64,000 bases of DNA from a virus. The notes beneath the pieces are model-generated. The model saw only the letters and a list, made by a program, of their open reading frames with translations. It was not told the origin of the DNA and ran no database searches. The DNA lies in IMG/VR virus record IMGVR_UViG_3300045747_000454, positions 52,034-116,033 of that record; one strand, written 5' to 3'. This document shows, one piece after another, positions 29,079 through 39,167 of this stretch (position 1 is the stretch's first letter; every line of letters begins with the position of its first letter). The translations under genes and the position numbers were made by a program.

Positions 29079-29145
29079 ACTCAAACGTCGGTCGCGTCAT
29101 CAGCCAGCTTTGATACAATGAACAACCATCAACTCAGGAGACTAC

Positions 29146-29697
29146 ATGTCCTGTCACACCGATAACTGCCCAGACTGCGCTGGAACCGACTGCGGTTCAC
29201 AAGACGACACCGACATCGCCCTCTACGGCGGTGGTGACTGGGTCTTCGACAACGCCGAGATGCACGCTCAGTTCGGCGTCAACGAAGCCGTCGACAAGCT
29301 CGGCCGCCTTCAGCTGCTGACCTTTCTGAAGTTCCGCCTCGACTTTCTGCAAGAGGAGCTGAACGAAGCTCGCCTCGCCTACGATGTGCTCGCCCTTCTG
29401 CCGAACAACCTCAGCAGCAAGGACGATGTTCTGAAGGCCGGCAACACCGCTGCTGAGGACGTCGTCGACGCGATGATCGACCTGTGCGTCGTCGCCATCG
29501 GCACCCTCGACCTCTTTCAGGTCGACGCCTACGAGGCTTGGGATCGTGTCCACGTCGCCAACATGTCGAAGGAGGTCGGCATCAAGCCTGGTCGTCCGAA
29601 CCCGCTCGGTCTGCCTGACCTCATCAAGCCACCAGGCTGGGTTGGTCCGACGCACGCAGACAACGTCGGCATTTTGCCACGGTTGTACGAGGCGTAA
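29146..29697 (+). CDS. MazG/PRA-PH-like nucleoside triphosphate pyrophosphohydrolase
   Basis: LQEELNE...EDVVDAMIDL...AWDRVHVANMSK...LIKPPGW.GP. Confidence 0.8.
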   Translation: MSCHTDNCPDCAGTDCGSQDDTDIALYGGGDWVFDNAEMHAQFGVNEAVDKLGRLQLLTFLKFRLDFLQEELNEARLAYDVLALLPNNLSSKDDVLKAGNTAAEDVVDAMIDLCVVAIGTLDLFQVDAYEAWDRVHVANMSKEVGIKPGRPNPLGLPDLIKPPGWVGPTHADNVGILPRLYEA

Positions 29698-29750
29698 GGC
29701 TTTACAGTCGTAACGAGCGCGTGGACGAAAATTTGTGATAGAATGCTAGC

Positions 29751-30365
29751 ATGAACATCTTCGTCCTACATGATGACCCAGCGCGCGCCGCTCAGCTTCA
29801 CCTCGACAAGCACGTTGTCAAGATGATCCTCGAGTACGCGCAGCTCCTGTCAACCGCTCATCGGGTGCTCGACGGCAAGCTGACCACCGTGAACATCACG
29901 CGCAACGGCAAGACCAAGCTCAAGCGCGTGCTGCTCCTATCGAGCGAGACCGCCGACTACGCGACTGGCGAAATTCACGACCCCAAGTGCTACAACGCCA
30001 CGCACGTCAATCACCCAAGCGCTGTCTGGGCTCGCACCAATCTCGCCAACTATCGCTGGCTCTTCCGTCTGTTCAGCGCTTGCCTCGACGAGTACACGCA
30101 CCGCTACGGCAAGGTTCACGCGACGGCTCGGCTGGCGCCGTTCCTCGCAATGCCGCCTACCAACATTCCATTCAGCGCTGACCGCACACCATTCGCGCTG
30201 GCAATGCCGGACGAATACAAGGACGCCGATGCTGTTGTGGCTTACCAAAATTACTACGTGGGCTCGAAAGCTACGATGGCACGCTGGACCAACCGTTCAG
30301 CCCCAGCCTGGTTTGCGGCCCGTACAAAGGACTTCGATGCATCCACTTTCGAACGAACGCGCTGA
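29751..30365 (+). CDS. pyrimidine-dimer DNA glycosylase (DenV-family-like)
   Basis: MNIFVL..DP..AAQ.H.DKHVVKMILEYAQLLSTAH; THVNHP...W; EY..RYGK.H; AMPD; AY..YY. Confidence 0.85.
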   Translation: MNIFVLHDDPARAAQLHLDKHVVKMILEYAQLLSTAHRVLDGKLTTVNITRNGKTKLKRVLLLSSETADYATGEIHDPKCYNATHVNHPSAVWARTNLANYRWLFRLFSACLDEYTHRYGKVHATARLAPFLAMPPTNIPFSADRTPFALAMPDEYKDADAVVAYQNYYVGSKATMARWTNRSAPAWFAARTKDFDASTFERTR

Positions 30366-30612
30366 GTGGCTTCGCGCTCGCCTCTTTCTGCTTGACCGCA
30401 TGATCCGCGAGTTCAACGAGCACACGCCGCGCTATCAATCCAGTCAAGGCATGGTGCGACAGCACGCCGCCGTGATGAACCAGCTCGAGGCCGAGCGGCT
30501 CACGTTCACCATCGAGCACAACACGCTCACCGAGTATCTCACCGTCGAAGCCGCTGCACGTTTTGCTCGTGCACAAGCCGAGCTTGACGGCGACCCAGCA
30601 CTGAACGGCTAA
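30337..30612 (+). CDS. hypothetical protein
   Basis: AAGGA RBS before ATG 30337 (MHPLSNERAEW). Confidence 0.6.
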   Translation: MHPLSNERAEWLRARLFLLDRMIREFNEHTPRYQSSQGMVRQHAAVMNQLEAERLTFTIEHNTLTEYLTVEAAARFARAQAELDGDPALNG

Positions 30613-30614
30613 TC

Positions 30615-31199
30615 ATGGGCGCTAACCTAACACGAATCCTCGTCGTCGACATCGAGTCGACCTGCTGGGAAACGCCTGACGAGCAGGGCAACAAGCCGAT
30701 GGAGGTCATCGAGATCGGCGTCTGCGAGCTGCGCGTCAAGTCGCGTGAGATCGTCAACAAGCAGTCGTTCCCCGTGCGGCCGCAGTTCACGAGCGTCTCG
30801 CCGTTCTGTGAGAAGCTGACTGGCTGGACGCAGGCCGAGGTCGAGAAGGCGCCGCCGATCGACGCCGTGCTGCTCGAGATTCAGAAGGCCTACGGCATTA
30901 CCAAGCACCACGTCTGGACGAGCTTCGGCGAGTACGACCGTGTCAAGCTCAGCTCGGACCGTGATCAAGAGGGTGGTCTCTTCAAGCTCTACAACATCGA
31001 GCGCGAGAACAACCCATTCTCGTTCATGCGAGCGCACTACAACATCAAGACGTTGATGGCCCTCAAGGAAGGTCTCGACCGAGAGCTGGGCATGGCGCGA
31101 GCGCTGAACTTCTACGGCGAGAAGCTGGAAGGTCGGCATCACAACGGCGCTGATGACGCCTACAACATTGCCAAGATCGTTCGAAGGGTTCTATCGTGA
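30615..31199 (+). CDS. DEDDh 3'-5' exonuclease (ERI1/KapD-like)
   Basis: VVDIESTCW, EVIEIG, LTG, GEYD, GRHHNGADDA. Confidence 0.9.
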   Translation: MGANLTRILVVDIESTCWETPDEQGNKPMEVIEIGVCELRVKSREIVNKQSFPVRPQFTSVSPFCEKLTGWTQAEVEKAPPIDAVLLEIQKAYGITKHHVWTSFGEYDRVKLSSDRDQEGGLFKLYNIERENNPFSFMRAHYNIKTLMALKEGLDRELGMARALNFYGEKLEGRHHNGADDAYNIAKIVRRVLS

Positions 31200-31387
31200 A
31201 GTGCACTGCCCCATGCGTTCCGCCGTGTGAACACGAAGCCACCACAGAGCTGCTGTCGATGGCCAACGCTCACCTCGGCTACAACTGCGATGCACACATC
31301 GCTTCGCTGCGCGTGAAGCAAGTCGGCAGCATCGCGCAGGAGTATCGCACGAAGCCGCTGGAGACGAAGAGTGAACCTGTCGCCTGA
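31196..31387 (+). CDS. small hypothetical protein
   Basis: GTGA overlap; fills the operon gap. Confidence 0.45.
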   Translation: MKCTAPCVPPCEHEATTELLSMANAHLGYNCDAHIASLRVKQVGSIAQEYRTKPLETKSEPVA

Positions 31388-31649
31388 CACCATCAATGCA
31401 GTCTTCGAGCTGTCTGGCGGCTTCTTTCTGCTGAACCACTGCCGAACGCTGTGGGCCTCGAAAGAGGCGTACGGCGTCTCACTGCTCTCCACAGCGTTCT
31501 TTCTGCTTTGGGGCTGTTGGAACATTTTCTACTACCCGCACCTCGGGCAGATGCTCAGCTTCTACGCTGGGCTGTTCATTATGTTCGCCAACACGCTGTG
31601 GGTCGGCATGATCATTTATCTGCGAGCGAAACGAGCGAAGCTGGTGTAG
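31371..31649 (+). CDS. small three-helix membrane protein (PQ-loop/SemiSWEET-like)
   Basis: Three hydrophobic segments with K...GVS motif and W..W..YY; GGAG RBS. Confidence 0.6.
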   Translation: MNLSPDTINAVFELSGGFFLLNHCRTLWASKEAYGVSLLSTAFFLLWGCWNIFYYPHLGQMLSFYAGLFIMFANTLWVGMIIYLRAKRAKLV

Positions 31650-31860
31650 TGTCAACCAGATTCCCGTAGTCGTCGACGACCTCGAACGGCGCTGGAATCT
31701 TGAACATCATTCCAGGGCGCGGGAGCGCCGAGTAGTTCAGCTCGTTGAAGGCGTGGCGCAGATGCGTCAGCTCAGCGTGCGTGAGGTTGTGACGCCCCTT
31801 CAGCCGAAGCACCGCGTCGATTGTCTCCGACGGTCGAAAGGCGTGAAGCACGTAGCGCAT
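31612..31860 (-). CDS. small LysM/tail-X-like late protein
   Basis: ETIDAVL...N.LN...PRPG..FKIP; ATG 31860 downstream of minus-strand TAAATA at 31893-31898. Confidence 0.55.
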   Translation of the reverse strand: MRYVLHAFRPSETIDAVLRLKGRHNLTHAELTHLRHAFNELNYSALPRPGMMFKIPAPFEVVDDYGNLVDTTPASLVSLADK

Positions 31861-31865
31861 AGCCA

Positions 31866-31905
31866 GGAATCCCATAAATAGTGAACACCAGCTATTTAGG
31901 ATTCC
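31866..31905. promoter_or_regulatory. face-to-face late promoter pair within an imperfect palindrome
   Basis: GGAATCCcaTAAATAG...CTATTTAGGATTCC. Confidence 0.7.
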
Positions 31906-31906
31906 C

Positions 31907-33778
31907 ATGGCAGACATTACCGCAAAGACAACCCATGACCTTTGGGTTGAGTCACGCGAGTTCTCGCTCAGCATCTCTCGCTCGGCGCCAACCTCCATCA
32001 CAATCACCGTCACTCGACCGGCTAGTCTAACGGTCGTCGACGGCGCGGTGGTGCTGCTCTCTACGAGCCCTATTGCTGCTGCGAACTATCCGACCGACGG
32101 TCGACAGTACACCCCGTCGGTCGACGAGCTCATTCCAGCCGACCGCATCGTCGGTGTTGACGGCGCGCACGTCGTTGGCTCCTACTCCGGCGTTCTCGGT
32201 AGCCCGATGCCGACAGGTACCCTTGATGCAGCGACTGGCAAGGTGTCGTTTGACATCGTGGTCACCAACACTGATGCAACGAAAATCTACTACGCGTCAG
32301 TCCACGGCGTGTCGAACGTTCTTCAGTACTACCCAGTCGGCATTCAGTCGTACCCAATCGAAGGCTCACGCGTTGAGAAGGGCGTCGAGGGCTTCGCTGG
32401 CAACATTCCATCTCTACCAGAGGCGCCAGTCTCACCGACCGAGGGCTTCGTCTATCACGACCAGCAGCTCAATCTCTTTCAGTACTGGACCGGCACGACT
32501 TGGGTCCCAACGCGTGCTGACACCATTCTTACTGGCGACAACTTCCCTGGTGCAATTGGCTACACCTACCTGCTGAACGCTGGTCCGCCGCGCATCTTCG
32601 ACGGCGTCAAGTGGGTCTTCGCCAATGAGACGAACCTTCAGTTTCGCACTGGCGCGACTTGGACTCCGATTCATGGCTACTCAGCCTACACAAAGCTGCC
32701 AGAAGCACCAACCATCGGCGACCTTATCTGGAACTACACGTCACAGCGTGGTCAGTACTGGGATGGCGCTCAGTGGGTTTACCCAGGTCCGAGCAACTCT
32801 CTGTTCGACACTGGGACTGGTCTCATTCCAGCCTTCGTCAATCCACTTGGCATCGAGTTCACGATGCTGCCAACGCCGTACGTTGGCCTGCTGTTCTACA
32901 ACACCACGACCAAGGAGCTGAGCGCTTGGACTGGCACTGAGTGGCGTCGCGCCAACACTGATCAGATCGGCTCACCAATCAGCGACAAGCTGACGGTTGG
33001 TAACGATGGCTCCTACAATGAGCGCATGCGCCTCATCAAGGTGCTGAAGTCGCAGCTCGGCTGGCCGCAGTCGTGCGTCGAGCTCGAGGAGGAGCAGTTC
33101 AACATCGCCATCGACAACGCGCTCGACAACTTCCGCATGTGGTGCGACGGTGCCTATCGCATGAAGTACGTGATGTTCAAGCTGTACAATGGGCAGCAAA
33201 CGTACTATCTGAACAGTCAAGTCGATCAGACCGACAAGATCGTGGATGTCGCCAAGATTCACCGACTGAACATTCTCGGTATCGAAACGGCGAATGGTAA
33301 CGACGCCGTCTGGACATCTGGCATTCTGACGTCATACTACAGCGCCGTGTCTGTCGACATTCTGTCGCTCAACATGCTGTCGATGATGTCGGAAGAGTTT
33401 CAGCGGCTGTTCGCTGGTGACCTTACCTTCCTTTGGGATGAGCCGAGTCGTGAGCTGTTCGTCACGCGCAAGATCTATCGCGACGAGAAGGTCATCGTCG
33501 AGTGTCTGATGGAGCGGACGGAGCAGGAGATTCTGGTCGACCGTTGGAGCAAGCAGTTCATTCAGAACTGGGCCTTGGCTGAAGCCAAGTATCAGCTCGG
33601 CATGATTCGTAGTCGCTTCAGCTCTGGCACGCCAGGTGCTGCCGGCACCATCACGCAGAACGGTGAGCTGCTCATCACTGAAGCTCGACAGGACATGACT
33701 GAGCTGAAGCAATCGGCGCTCGACTTCGAGTGGGGTGGACACGTTGGTCACGGCAACGTCAGCTTCCTTTTTGGATAG
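31907..33778 (+). CDS. neck protein, gp13-like, with long N-terminal extension
   Basis: C-terminal LGWP...VELEEEQ..IAIDNAL...WALAEAK.QLG.IRSRF..PG..G.ITQNG..L..EA; N-terminal P..G..Y...W.G..W repeats. Confidence 0.88.
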   Translation: MADITAKTTHDLWVESREFSLSISRSAPTSITITVTRPASLTVVDGAVVLLSTSPIAAANYPTDGRQYTPSVDELIPADRIVGVDGAHVVGSYSGVLGSPMPTGTLDAATGKVSFDIVVTNTDATKIYYASVHGVSNVLQYYPVGIQSYPIEGSRVEKGVEGFAGNIPSLPEAPVSPTEGFVYHDQQLNLFQYWTGTTWVPTRADTILTGDNFPGAIGYTYLLNAGPPRIFDGVKWVFANETNLQFRTGATWTPIHGYSAYTKLPEAPTIGDLIWNYTSQRGQYWDGAQWVYPGPSNSLFDTGTGLIPAFVNPLGIEFTMLPTPYVGLLFYNTTTKELSAWTGTEWRRANTDQIGSPISDKLTVGNDGSYNERMRLIKVLKSQLGWPQSCVELEEEQFNIAIDNALDNFRMWCDGAYRMKYVMFKLYNGQQTYYLNSQVDQTDKIVDVAKIHRLNILGIETANGNDAVWTSGILTSYYSAVSVDILSLNMLSMMSEEFQRLFAGDLTFLWDEPSRELFVTRKIYRDEKVIVECLMERTEQEILVDRWSKQFIQNWALAEAKYQLGMIRSRFSSGTPGAAGTITQNGELLITEARQDMTELKQSALDFEWGGHVGHGNVSFLFG

Positions 33779-33847
33779 CGAACCTAGGAACATTTTAGCT
33801 GCCGTCTGAAAATGGTGTACTATACGCTATTACAGACGGGAGCTAAA

Positions 33848-34663
33848 ATGCGAGCGGACCAACGCCAATACCACATCATCTACAAGACCACTTGCCTCAC
33901 AACAGGCAAGTGGTATCTCGGGATGCATTCAACTGATGACCTCAACGACGGGTATCTTGGTAGCGGGCAACTTCTCTGGAAGTCGCTCAAGAAGTACGGG
34001 AAGGACAATCATCAATACGAGATTCTAGAGTATCTGCCATCTCGAAAAGCGTTGATCCTTCGAGAAGAGGAGTTGATCACCGACGAAGTCAGAAATCAAC
34101 CGCAGTGCCTGAATCTTCGCAACGGCGGGACAGGCAATGACCCTGGATTCTGGGAGATGACGGACGAGGACAAGCGCACCCAAGCTAGCGAGCGTCTATC
34201 TGTCAAGAGCAAGAAGATGTGGGCGGAACGCAAAGCGGACCCAATCGCACTTGCTGAGCACATTGCCAAAGCTATTACGCCTGAAAGCATTGGCAAACGA
34301 GCTGCTACTACCAGAGCTAGAGCTCACAAGCGAACACCAGAGCAGCTTGCCAATCTTACTACTGGGCAACAGAGCTACTACGCTAACGTTGACCCGACGG
34401 TGCTAAAGACACGTGGGCAGAAGGCAGCTCAAACACGTCTAGAGCGAGGCACCAACAAAGGCGGACGACCGAAAGGTATCCCAGCGACTGAGTCGCAGAA
34501 GCAATGCAAGACCTGGATCATTCAGACCGAAGATGGCGCCAAACAAGTCATTCGCAATCTCAAGGCGTTCTGCGAAGAGCACAACATCAGCAGAACGTCG
34601 TTCGTACGTTCTGCCAGTAATGACAAGTTTATGAACGGATTCAGATTGGTTGGACCCACTTGA
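33848..34663 (+). mobile_element. free-standing GIY-YIG (Seg-like) homing endonuclease
   Basis: IIYKTTCL.TGKWYLGMHST..L.DGYLGSG..L..KKYG...E..LI...CLNL..GG; atypical codon usage; GGGAG RBS before ATG 33848. Confidence 0.9.
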
Positions 34664-34707
34664 TACCAACCCATTGGCATAAATAACCCAGCTCAGCTGG
34701 ACACTAC

Positions 34708-36567
34708 ATGCCAACACCATCTTGCCCCGACTCAGTCGGCAGCGTCAACACACCGAACTCCACGGCGATCCCCGTATCGCCAACGAACCCGGCGCGGGCG
34801 TACGTCGCTCCAGCGCTGAACATCGGGACCTACTCTCTCACCGACGCCTGCTCGAACCTTGACTCGAAGTATCAAGAGGACGTCGCAGCAGAGAACCTCA
34901 ATGTGTCTGGTGCACCGGTCAACGTCTTCAAGCTGCTTGGCATTCACGAGCAGGGCAAGCTCATCGACCTCACTGGGACCGGCGCGCCACTCGGCAGCGG
35001 TGCTCCAGATCAGGCGTTCGATGCGCTTGCTGGGTCGTGGATCAGCGCTGAGACCGGTGCTGCCGTGCTTGAAGCGCCAGCCTACATCGGCTACGACTTC
35101 GGCGCTCGTCTCACATCATTCGGACAACCAGAGACGGTGCCGGCCCCGAACATTCAGCTGCACGTCACGTCCTTTCGCATTCAACAGGGTTCAGACCCAG
35201 CCACTCGCGCCCTTCAAGTTCGCATCGACCGAAGCCACGGTGGCTATCGCGTTGACCCACTGAAGGTCAACTTCACAGGCGTTGGCAATGGTGGCTTCGG
35301 CAGCTTCAGCGCTGGCGTTGAGGCGAAGCCTGGCACGCTGATGCTGGCTGCTCTCTCGCCAACGCAGTTCAGCGTCTTCTTCACGGGCAGCGCTGGCACC
35401 GTGGTGCTTGGCGTCGCCACCGTTGGTGTGCGCTTCAACTCAACGATCTGCTCGTTCACTCTCACGACTGGGTCAATCCCATACGATGTCAATGACCTCT
35501 TCACCGTAGTCATCGAGCTCGAGTGGCTGCGAGTTGACGTCGTCAATCTACCGAACCTCGCTACACCAGCCCTCATTCGCGTACGTCAATCATCGCAAGC
35601 TCGCTACTGGCGCGTTGTGCCGTTGAGCTTCGCTGGCGTGCTGAGCAATCAACCTTGGGTCGTTGAGAAGCTCGAGCTGTTCGACTTTCAGCAGACGCGC
35701 CTCGACGACATTCAAGATAGTCTGTACATGGAAAACCGTGACCGCGACTACGCCAAGGCGTCGATGCAGCTCAAGGCAGCGTACACACCGTTCGACGCCG
35801 TCAGCGACCTGTCGAAGTTCGGCTTCAGCATCGCCGACATCTACACCTTCACCACCAGCTTCGCGCAGATGGTCGCCACGCTTGGTCGTCCAATCGTTGT
35901 TGGCGATGTGCTTGAACTGCCAGGCGAGCTTGGCTTCGACCACAACCTCAAGCCAGTGCGCAAGTTCCTTGAGGTGTCAGACGTGAGCTGGAGCGCTGAG
36001 GGCTTCACCACGAACTGGCGTCCAATCCTCTATCGCTTTCAAGCGCAGAACCTGATCCCGTCGCAGGAGACACGCGACATTCTCGGCACCGCCGACACGC
36101 AGAAGTACATCATCGATGATGGTTCATTCTTCGCTGGCATCGAGCAGATCTCGACGGCCGACCTTACTGCCGCCGAGCGTAATCAAGCTGAAGCGGTCGA
36201 TGCTGTGCCTGAGAAGGGCACGAACGTTCGTGAGGAGGCCTCTGGCACGAATCGCTTCGGGCAGCCTGGCTCCTATGATGGCGTTGGTGTCTACGTTGAG
36301 GATGGTCTGCCGCCAGATGGCAAGCCATACGAGACTGGCTTCAAGCTGCCAGACGTTGGTACCGGTGTGAACGGATCCTTCTTCCGTCTTGAGTACGATC
36401 CGAAGCTCAACATTCCAGCTCGCCTCTACAAGTTCTCGAGCATTAAGGGCAAGTGGATCTTCGTTGAGACTGACCGTCGCACCGCTCGCTCAGCGCATCG
36501 TCCATCGCAGCTTGAGATTCTGAATCGCACGACCACGATGCCGCTCAACACTAAGAAGCCAGTCTGA
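34708..36567 (+). CDS. neck protein, gp14-like, with inserted domains
   Basis: E.L.V.GA.V.V.K.LG; IQD.LYMENRDRDY; DLSKFG; LGRPIVVGDVLELP; TAAATA at 34680-34685. Confidence 0.8.
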   Translation: MPTPSCPDSVGSVNTPNSTAIPVSPTNPARAYVAPALNIGTYSLTDACSNLDSKYQEDVAAENLNVSGAPVNVFKLLGIHEQGKLIDLTGTGAPLGSGAPDQAFDALAGSWISAETGAAVLEAPAYIGYDFGARLTSFGQPETVPAPNIQLHVTSFRIQQGSDPATRALQVRIDRSHGGYRVDPLKVNFTGVGNGGFGSFSAGVEAKPGTLMLAALSPTQFSVFFTGSAGTVVLGVATVGVRFNSTICSFTLTTGSIPYDVNDLFTVVIELEWLRVDVVNLPNLATPALIRVRQSSQARYWRVVPLSFAGVLSNQPWVVEKLELFDFQQTRLDDIQDSLYMENRDRDYAKASMQLKAAYTPFDAVSDLSKFGFSIADIYTFTTSFAQMVATLGRPIVVGDVLELPGELGFDHNLKPVRKFLEVSDVSWSAEGFTTNWRPILYRFQAQNLIPSQETRDILGTADTQKYIIDDGSFFAGIEQISTADLTAAERNQAEAVDAVPEKGTNVREEASGTNRFGQPGSYDGVGVYVEDGLPPDGKPYETGFKLPDVGTGVNGSFFRLEYDPKLNIPARLYKFSSIKGKWIFVETDRRTARSAHRPSQLEILNRTTTMPLNTKKPV

Positions 36568-37223
36568 TGCTCCTACAAGAACTCACAGTCAAAGACACCA
36601 AGGATCCAGAGGACATTCTCAAGATCCTTCGGCGAGACTGCAAGCCGTTTCTATCGTCTGGTCTTTCGCATCCATTCTATCGTGGTCTGCCACGCGCCTT
36701 TGCCGGTAAACAAACCCCGATCATCACGCTCGAGTACGATCTGAAGGAAGTGCATCTGATCAAGATGACGCGTCAGCACGATCGGTTGCCTACTGGCACG
36801 AACCCAGCCGTTCACGACCTGTTCGACACGCTGTTCAACTCAAAGTTCGGTTGGAAGGCTCGATCGTCTGGCGTCTTCGCCTCTGCCGAGTGGGCTCAAG
36901 CCAACGGCTATGGCATGCCATTCGCCTTCTTTCCAATCGGCAACTTTCACTCGCTCTGGTCGCCTGAGGTCTACGATCTGTTTGCAGCGCTGCCACGCGG
37001 GCTCGAGACGATGATCGTCCACGGCAGCTCTAAGGAGAAGGTCGAGGGCAAGCTGCGGTTGCGCCACTACTTCGACACGCTCGACTATCATGCGGATGAT
37101 CTGAAGAGCCTCGGCGACGACCATCGCGAGGTGATGTTTGACTGCGACAGCTACTATCTGGTTGATGCTCATAGCAAGTGGGACGAGACTGACCATCCAG
37201 TGCTCAAGGAACTTTTCAAATGA
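36567..37223 (+). CDS. array-1 paralogue 1, putative ADP-ribosyltransferase-fold internal head protein
   Basis: FYRG / GVFAS..QANGYG..FFPIG / REVMFDC; leader MLLQEL. Confidence 0.6.
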   Translation: MLLQELTVKDTKDPEDILKILRRDCKPFLSSGLSHPFYRGLPRAFAGKQTPIITLEYDLKEVHLIKMTRQHDRLPTGTNPAVHDLFDTLFNSKFGWKARSSGVFASAEWAQANGYGMPFAFFPIGNFHSLWSPEVYDLFAALPRGLETMIVHGSSKEKVEGKLRLRHYFDTLDYHADDLKSLGDDHREVMFDCDSYYLVDAHSKWDETDHPVLKELFK

Positions 37224-37879
37224 TGACCTTCAAGGACTTTATCGCCGAGGACATAGTGCCGAACATGCCGCTGGCGCAGTATGTCAAGATGCGCTGCGCA
37301 CCGTACCTCAAGCTGCCGGGCGCTACGTCTGGTCTGCTGTTTCGTGGTCTTGGGCCGTTTGGCACCTCGTCTAAGGAGAAGATCAACGGCACCGATGTCA
37401 AGTGGAAGGTCGTCACCGCTCGCAAGAACCGTCCGGCAGGCGACACGCCGCAGGAGTTCTCAGACGAAGCAGACAAGTACTTTCAAGAGATGTTTGGTTG
37501 GAAGGCTCGTGGCGACGCGACGTTCGTATCTGGCAACATGTTTCAAGCCGGCAACTACGGCGACGTTCACATCGTCATTCCAATGGGCGAGACGAAGTTC
37601 GTTTGGTCGCCAAAGCTCGTAGACCTGTACACCGAAGTCTTCATAAAGCTCTTTGGGCGCTATGGTCCAAAGAGCAACAAGGACCCAGAAGAGCATGCCA
37701 AGTTCATTGAGGCAATCAAGAAGGCGAACTACATCGACACCGATCTGACGAAGGCTATTAAGTCTAAGCACGAGATCGCGCTGAACTGTCAGCGCTACGT
37801 CGCCATCGACATATCAAAGGTGCCAGCGCACGGTCGCTGGGACATCGCTGGCGCAATCGGAATCAAGAATCAAACATGA
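37220..37879 (+). CDS. array-1 paralogue 2, putative ART-fold internal head protein
   Basis: LFRG / ATFVS..QAGNYG / HEIALNC; leader MMTFKDFIAE. Confidence 0.6.
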   Translation: MMTFKDFIAEDIVPNMPLAQYVKMRCAPYLKLPGATSGLLFRGLGPFGTSSKEKINGTDVKWKVVTARKNRPAGDTPQEFSDEADKYFQEMFGWKARGDATFVSGNMFQAGNYGDVHIVIPMGETKFVWSPKLVDLYTEVFIKLFGRYGPKSNKDPEEHAKFIEAIKKANYIDTDLTKAIKSKHEIALNCQRYVAIDISKVPAHGRWDIAGAIGIKNQT

Positions 37880-38514
37880 AGCTGCGCGACCTCTTCGAGG
37901 ACCAACAGACTCTTGAGCAAGCTCTCAAGGACTGCGAGCCATATCTCAATCTGCCTGGCGCTAAGAACGGCATGCTGTTTCGTGGCATGCGCAACCTCAG
38001 CTTCGACGACTACAATCGTGATATGGCGACTGGCACTCGCTGGTTGAACTTCAAATCTCGGCGTAATCGTCTGCCATCTGACACGCCATCTGAGTACGCA
38101 ACTCTCGCTGACGACGTGTTTCACGAGAAGTTCGATTGGTACCCACGGACCAACGGCACGTTCGTCACCGGCAATCTCAAGGATTCTCGTGAGTACGGGA
38201 TTCCGCACGTCGTCATTCCAATCGGGCCGACGCGCTACGTCTGGTCGCCGAAGGTCAAGGATCTGTTCCTTTGGCTCACTCAAGGGCTAGGGCTGTACAC
38301 CGCGATGGCGGAGATGGCAGAGGACGAGCGGCACGCCTTCTTCACAGCCGAGCTCAAGAAAGCCGGCTACAAGGACACCGATCTTGGAGCTGGCATCCCA
38401 AGTGGTCACGAGATCATGCTCAGCTGCGATAGATACATAGCCGTCCGCTGTGATGGCGGCGAGTCTGGCATCATGGCTGCCGTCTACGAGCTAACCGACA
38501 TCGAACCGGACTGA
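37876..38514 (+). CDS. array-1 paralogue 3, putative ART-fold internal head protein
   Basis: LFRG / GTFVT..SREYG / HEIMLSC; leader MKLRDLFE. Confidence 0.6.
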   Translation: MKLRDLFEDQQTLEQALKDCEPYLNLPGAKNGMLFRGMRNLSFDDYNRDMATGTRWLNFKSRRNRLPSDTPSEYATLADDVFHEKFDWYPRTNGTFVTGNLKDSREYGIPHVVIPIGPTRYVWSPKVKDLFLWLTQGLGLYTAMAEMAEDERHAFFTAELKKAGYKDTDLGAGIPSGHEIMLSCDRYIAVRCDGGESGIMAAVYELTDIEPD

Positions 38515-38516
38515 GC

Positions 38517-39167
38517 ATGAAACTACAAGATCTCTTTGAATGGCAAGAAACGCTTGGATCGGCGCTGAGGTCTAACTGTGGCGCCTATCTCAAGGCGCCA
38601 GGCGCTCACGCCGGCTTTCTGTTTCGTGGCATGCGCGCCAATCAGCTCGCACGGTACAACGAGGACAATGAAACTGATCTGAAGTGGACCATTCTTCAGA
38701 CTCGCAAGAATCGCCAGCCGTCGGATACGCCAGACGAGTTTCACGAGCTGGCAAACGAGTTCCTTCTTCAGAAGTTTGGTTGGAAGCCACGCACTGATGG
38801 TGTCTTTGCGACGAGCAGTCACAAGGAGGCTAATGGCTACGGTTTGCAGCACGTCTTCTTTCCAATCGGTCCTGTCGACTACATCTGGTCGCCGCACGCC
38901 CATGATCTGTACGTCAACATCTACCACGACATCCTGGCGCATGGTCCGAACAGCGCGCTTGATGATGACGAGCAGCACAAGATCTTTCTGAAGGCGCTTG
39001 AGAACGCGGAGTATCAAGACTGGGGTCTGAGCTACGCAATTGAGAAGGGTCATGAGATCATGTTCAACTGCGACCGTTATCTCGTTGTTCGCTGTGGTTC
39101 CAACGAGAAGGATGAAGTGCTTGAAAAGCTCGCCGAGCTAACTGGGATCGACCATGAAGCTGAGTGA
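38517..39167 (+). CDS. array-1 paralogue 4, putative ART-fold internal head protein
   Basis: LFRG / GVFATSS..ANGYG / HEIMFNC; leader MKLQDLFE. Confidence 0.6.
   Translation: MKLQDLFEWQETLGSALRSNCGAYLKAPGAHAGFLFRGMRANQLARYNEDNETDLKWTILQTRKNRQPSDTPDEFHELANEFLLQKFGWKPRTDGVFATSSHKEANGYGLQHVFFPIGPVDYIWSPHAHDLYVNIYHDILAHGPNSALDDDEQHKIFLKALENAEYQDWGLSYAIEKGHEIMFNCDRYLVVRCGSNEKDEVLEKLAELTGIDHEAE

Noticed and set aside
33776-33850. The gp13-like gene is in frame with the downstream endonuclease across two TAG codons
   Set aside because: It would need two readthroughs, the neck protein already ends normally, the endonuclease has its own RBS, and a frame match has a 1-in-3 chance
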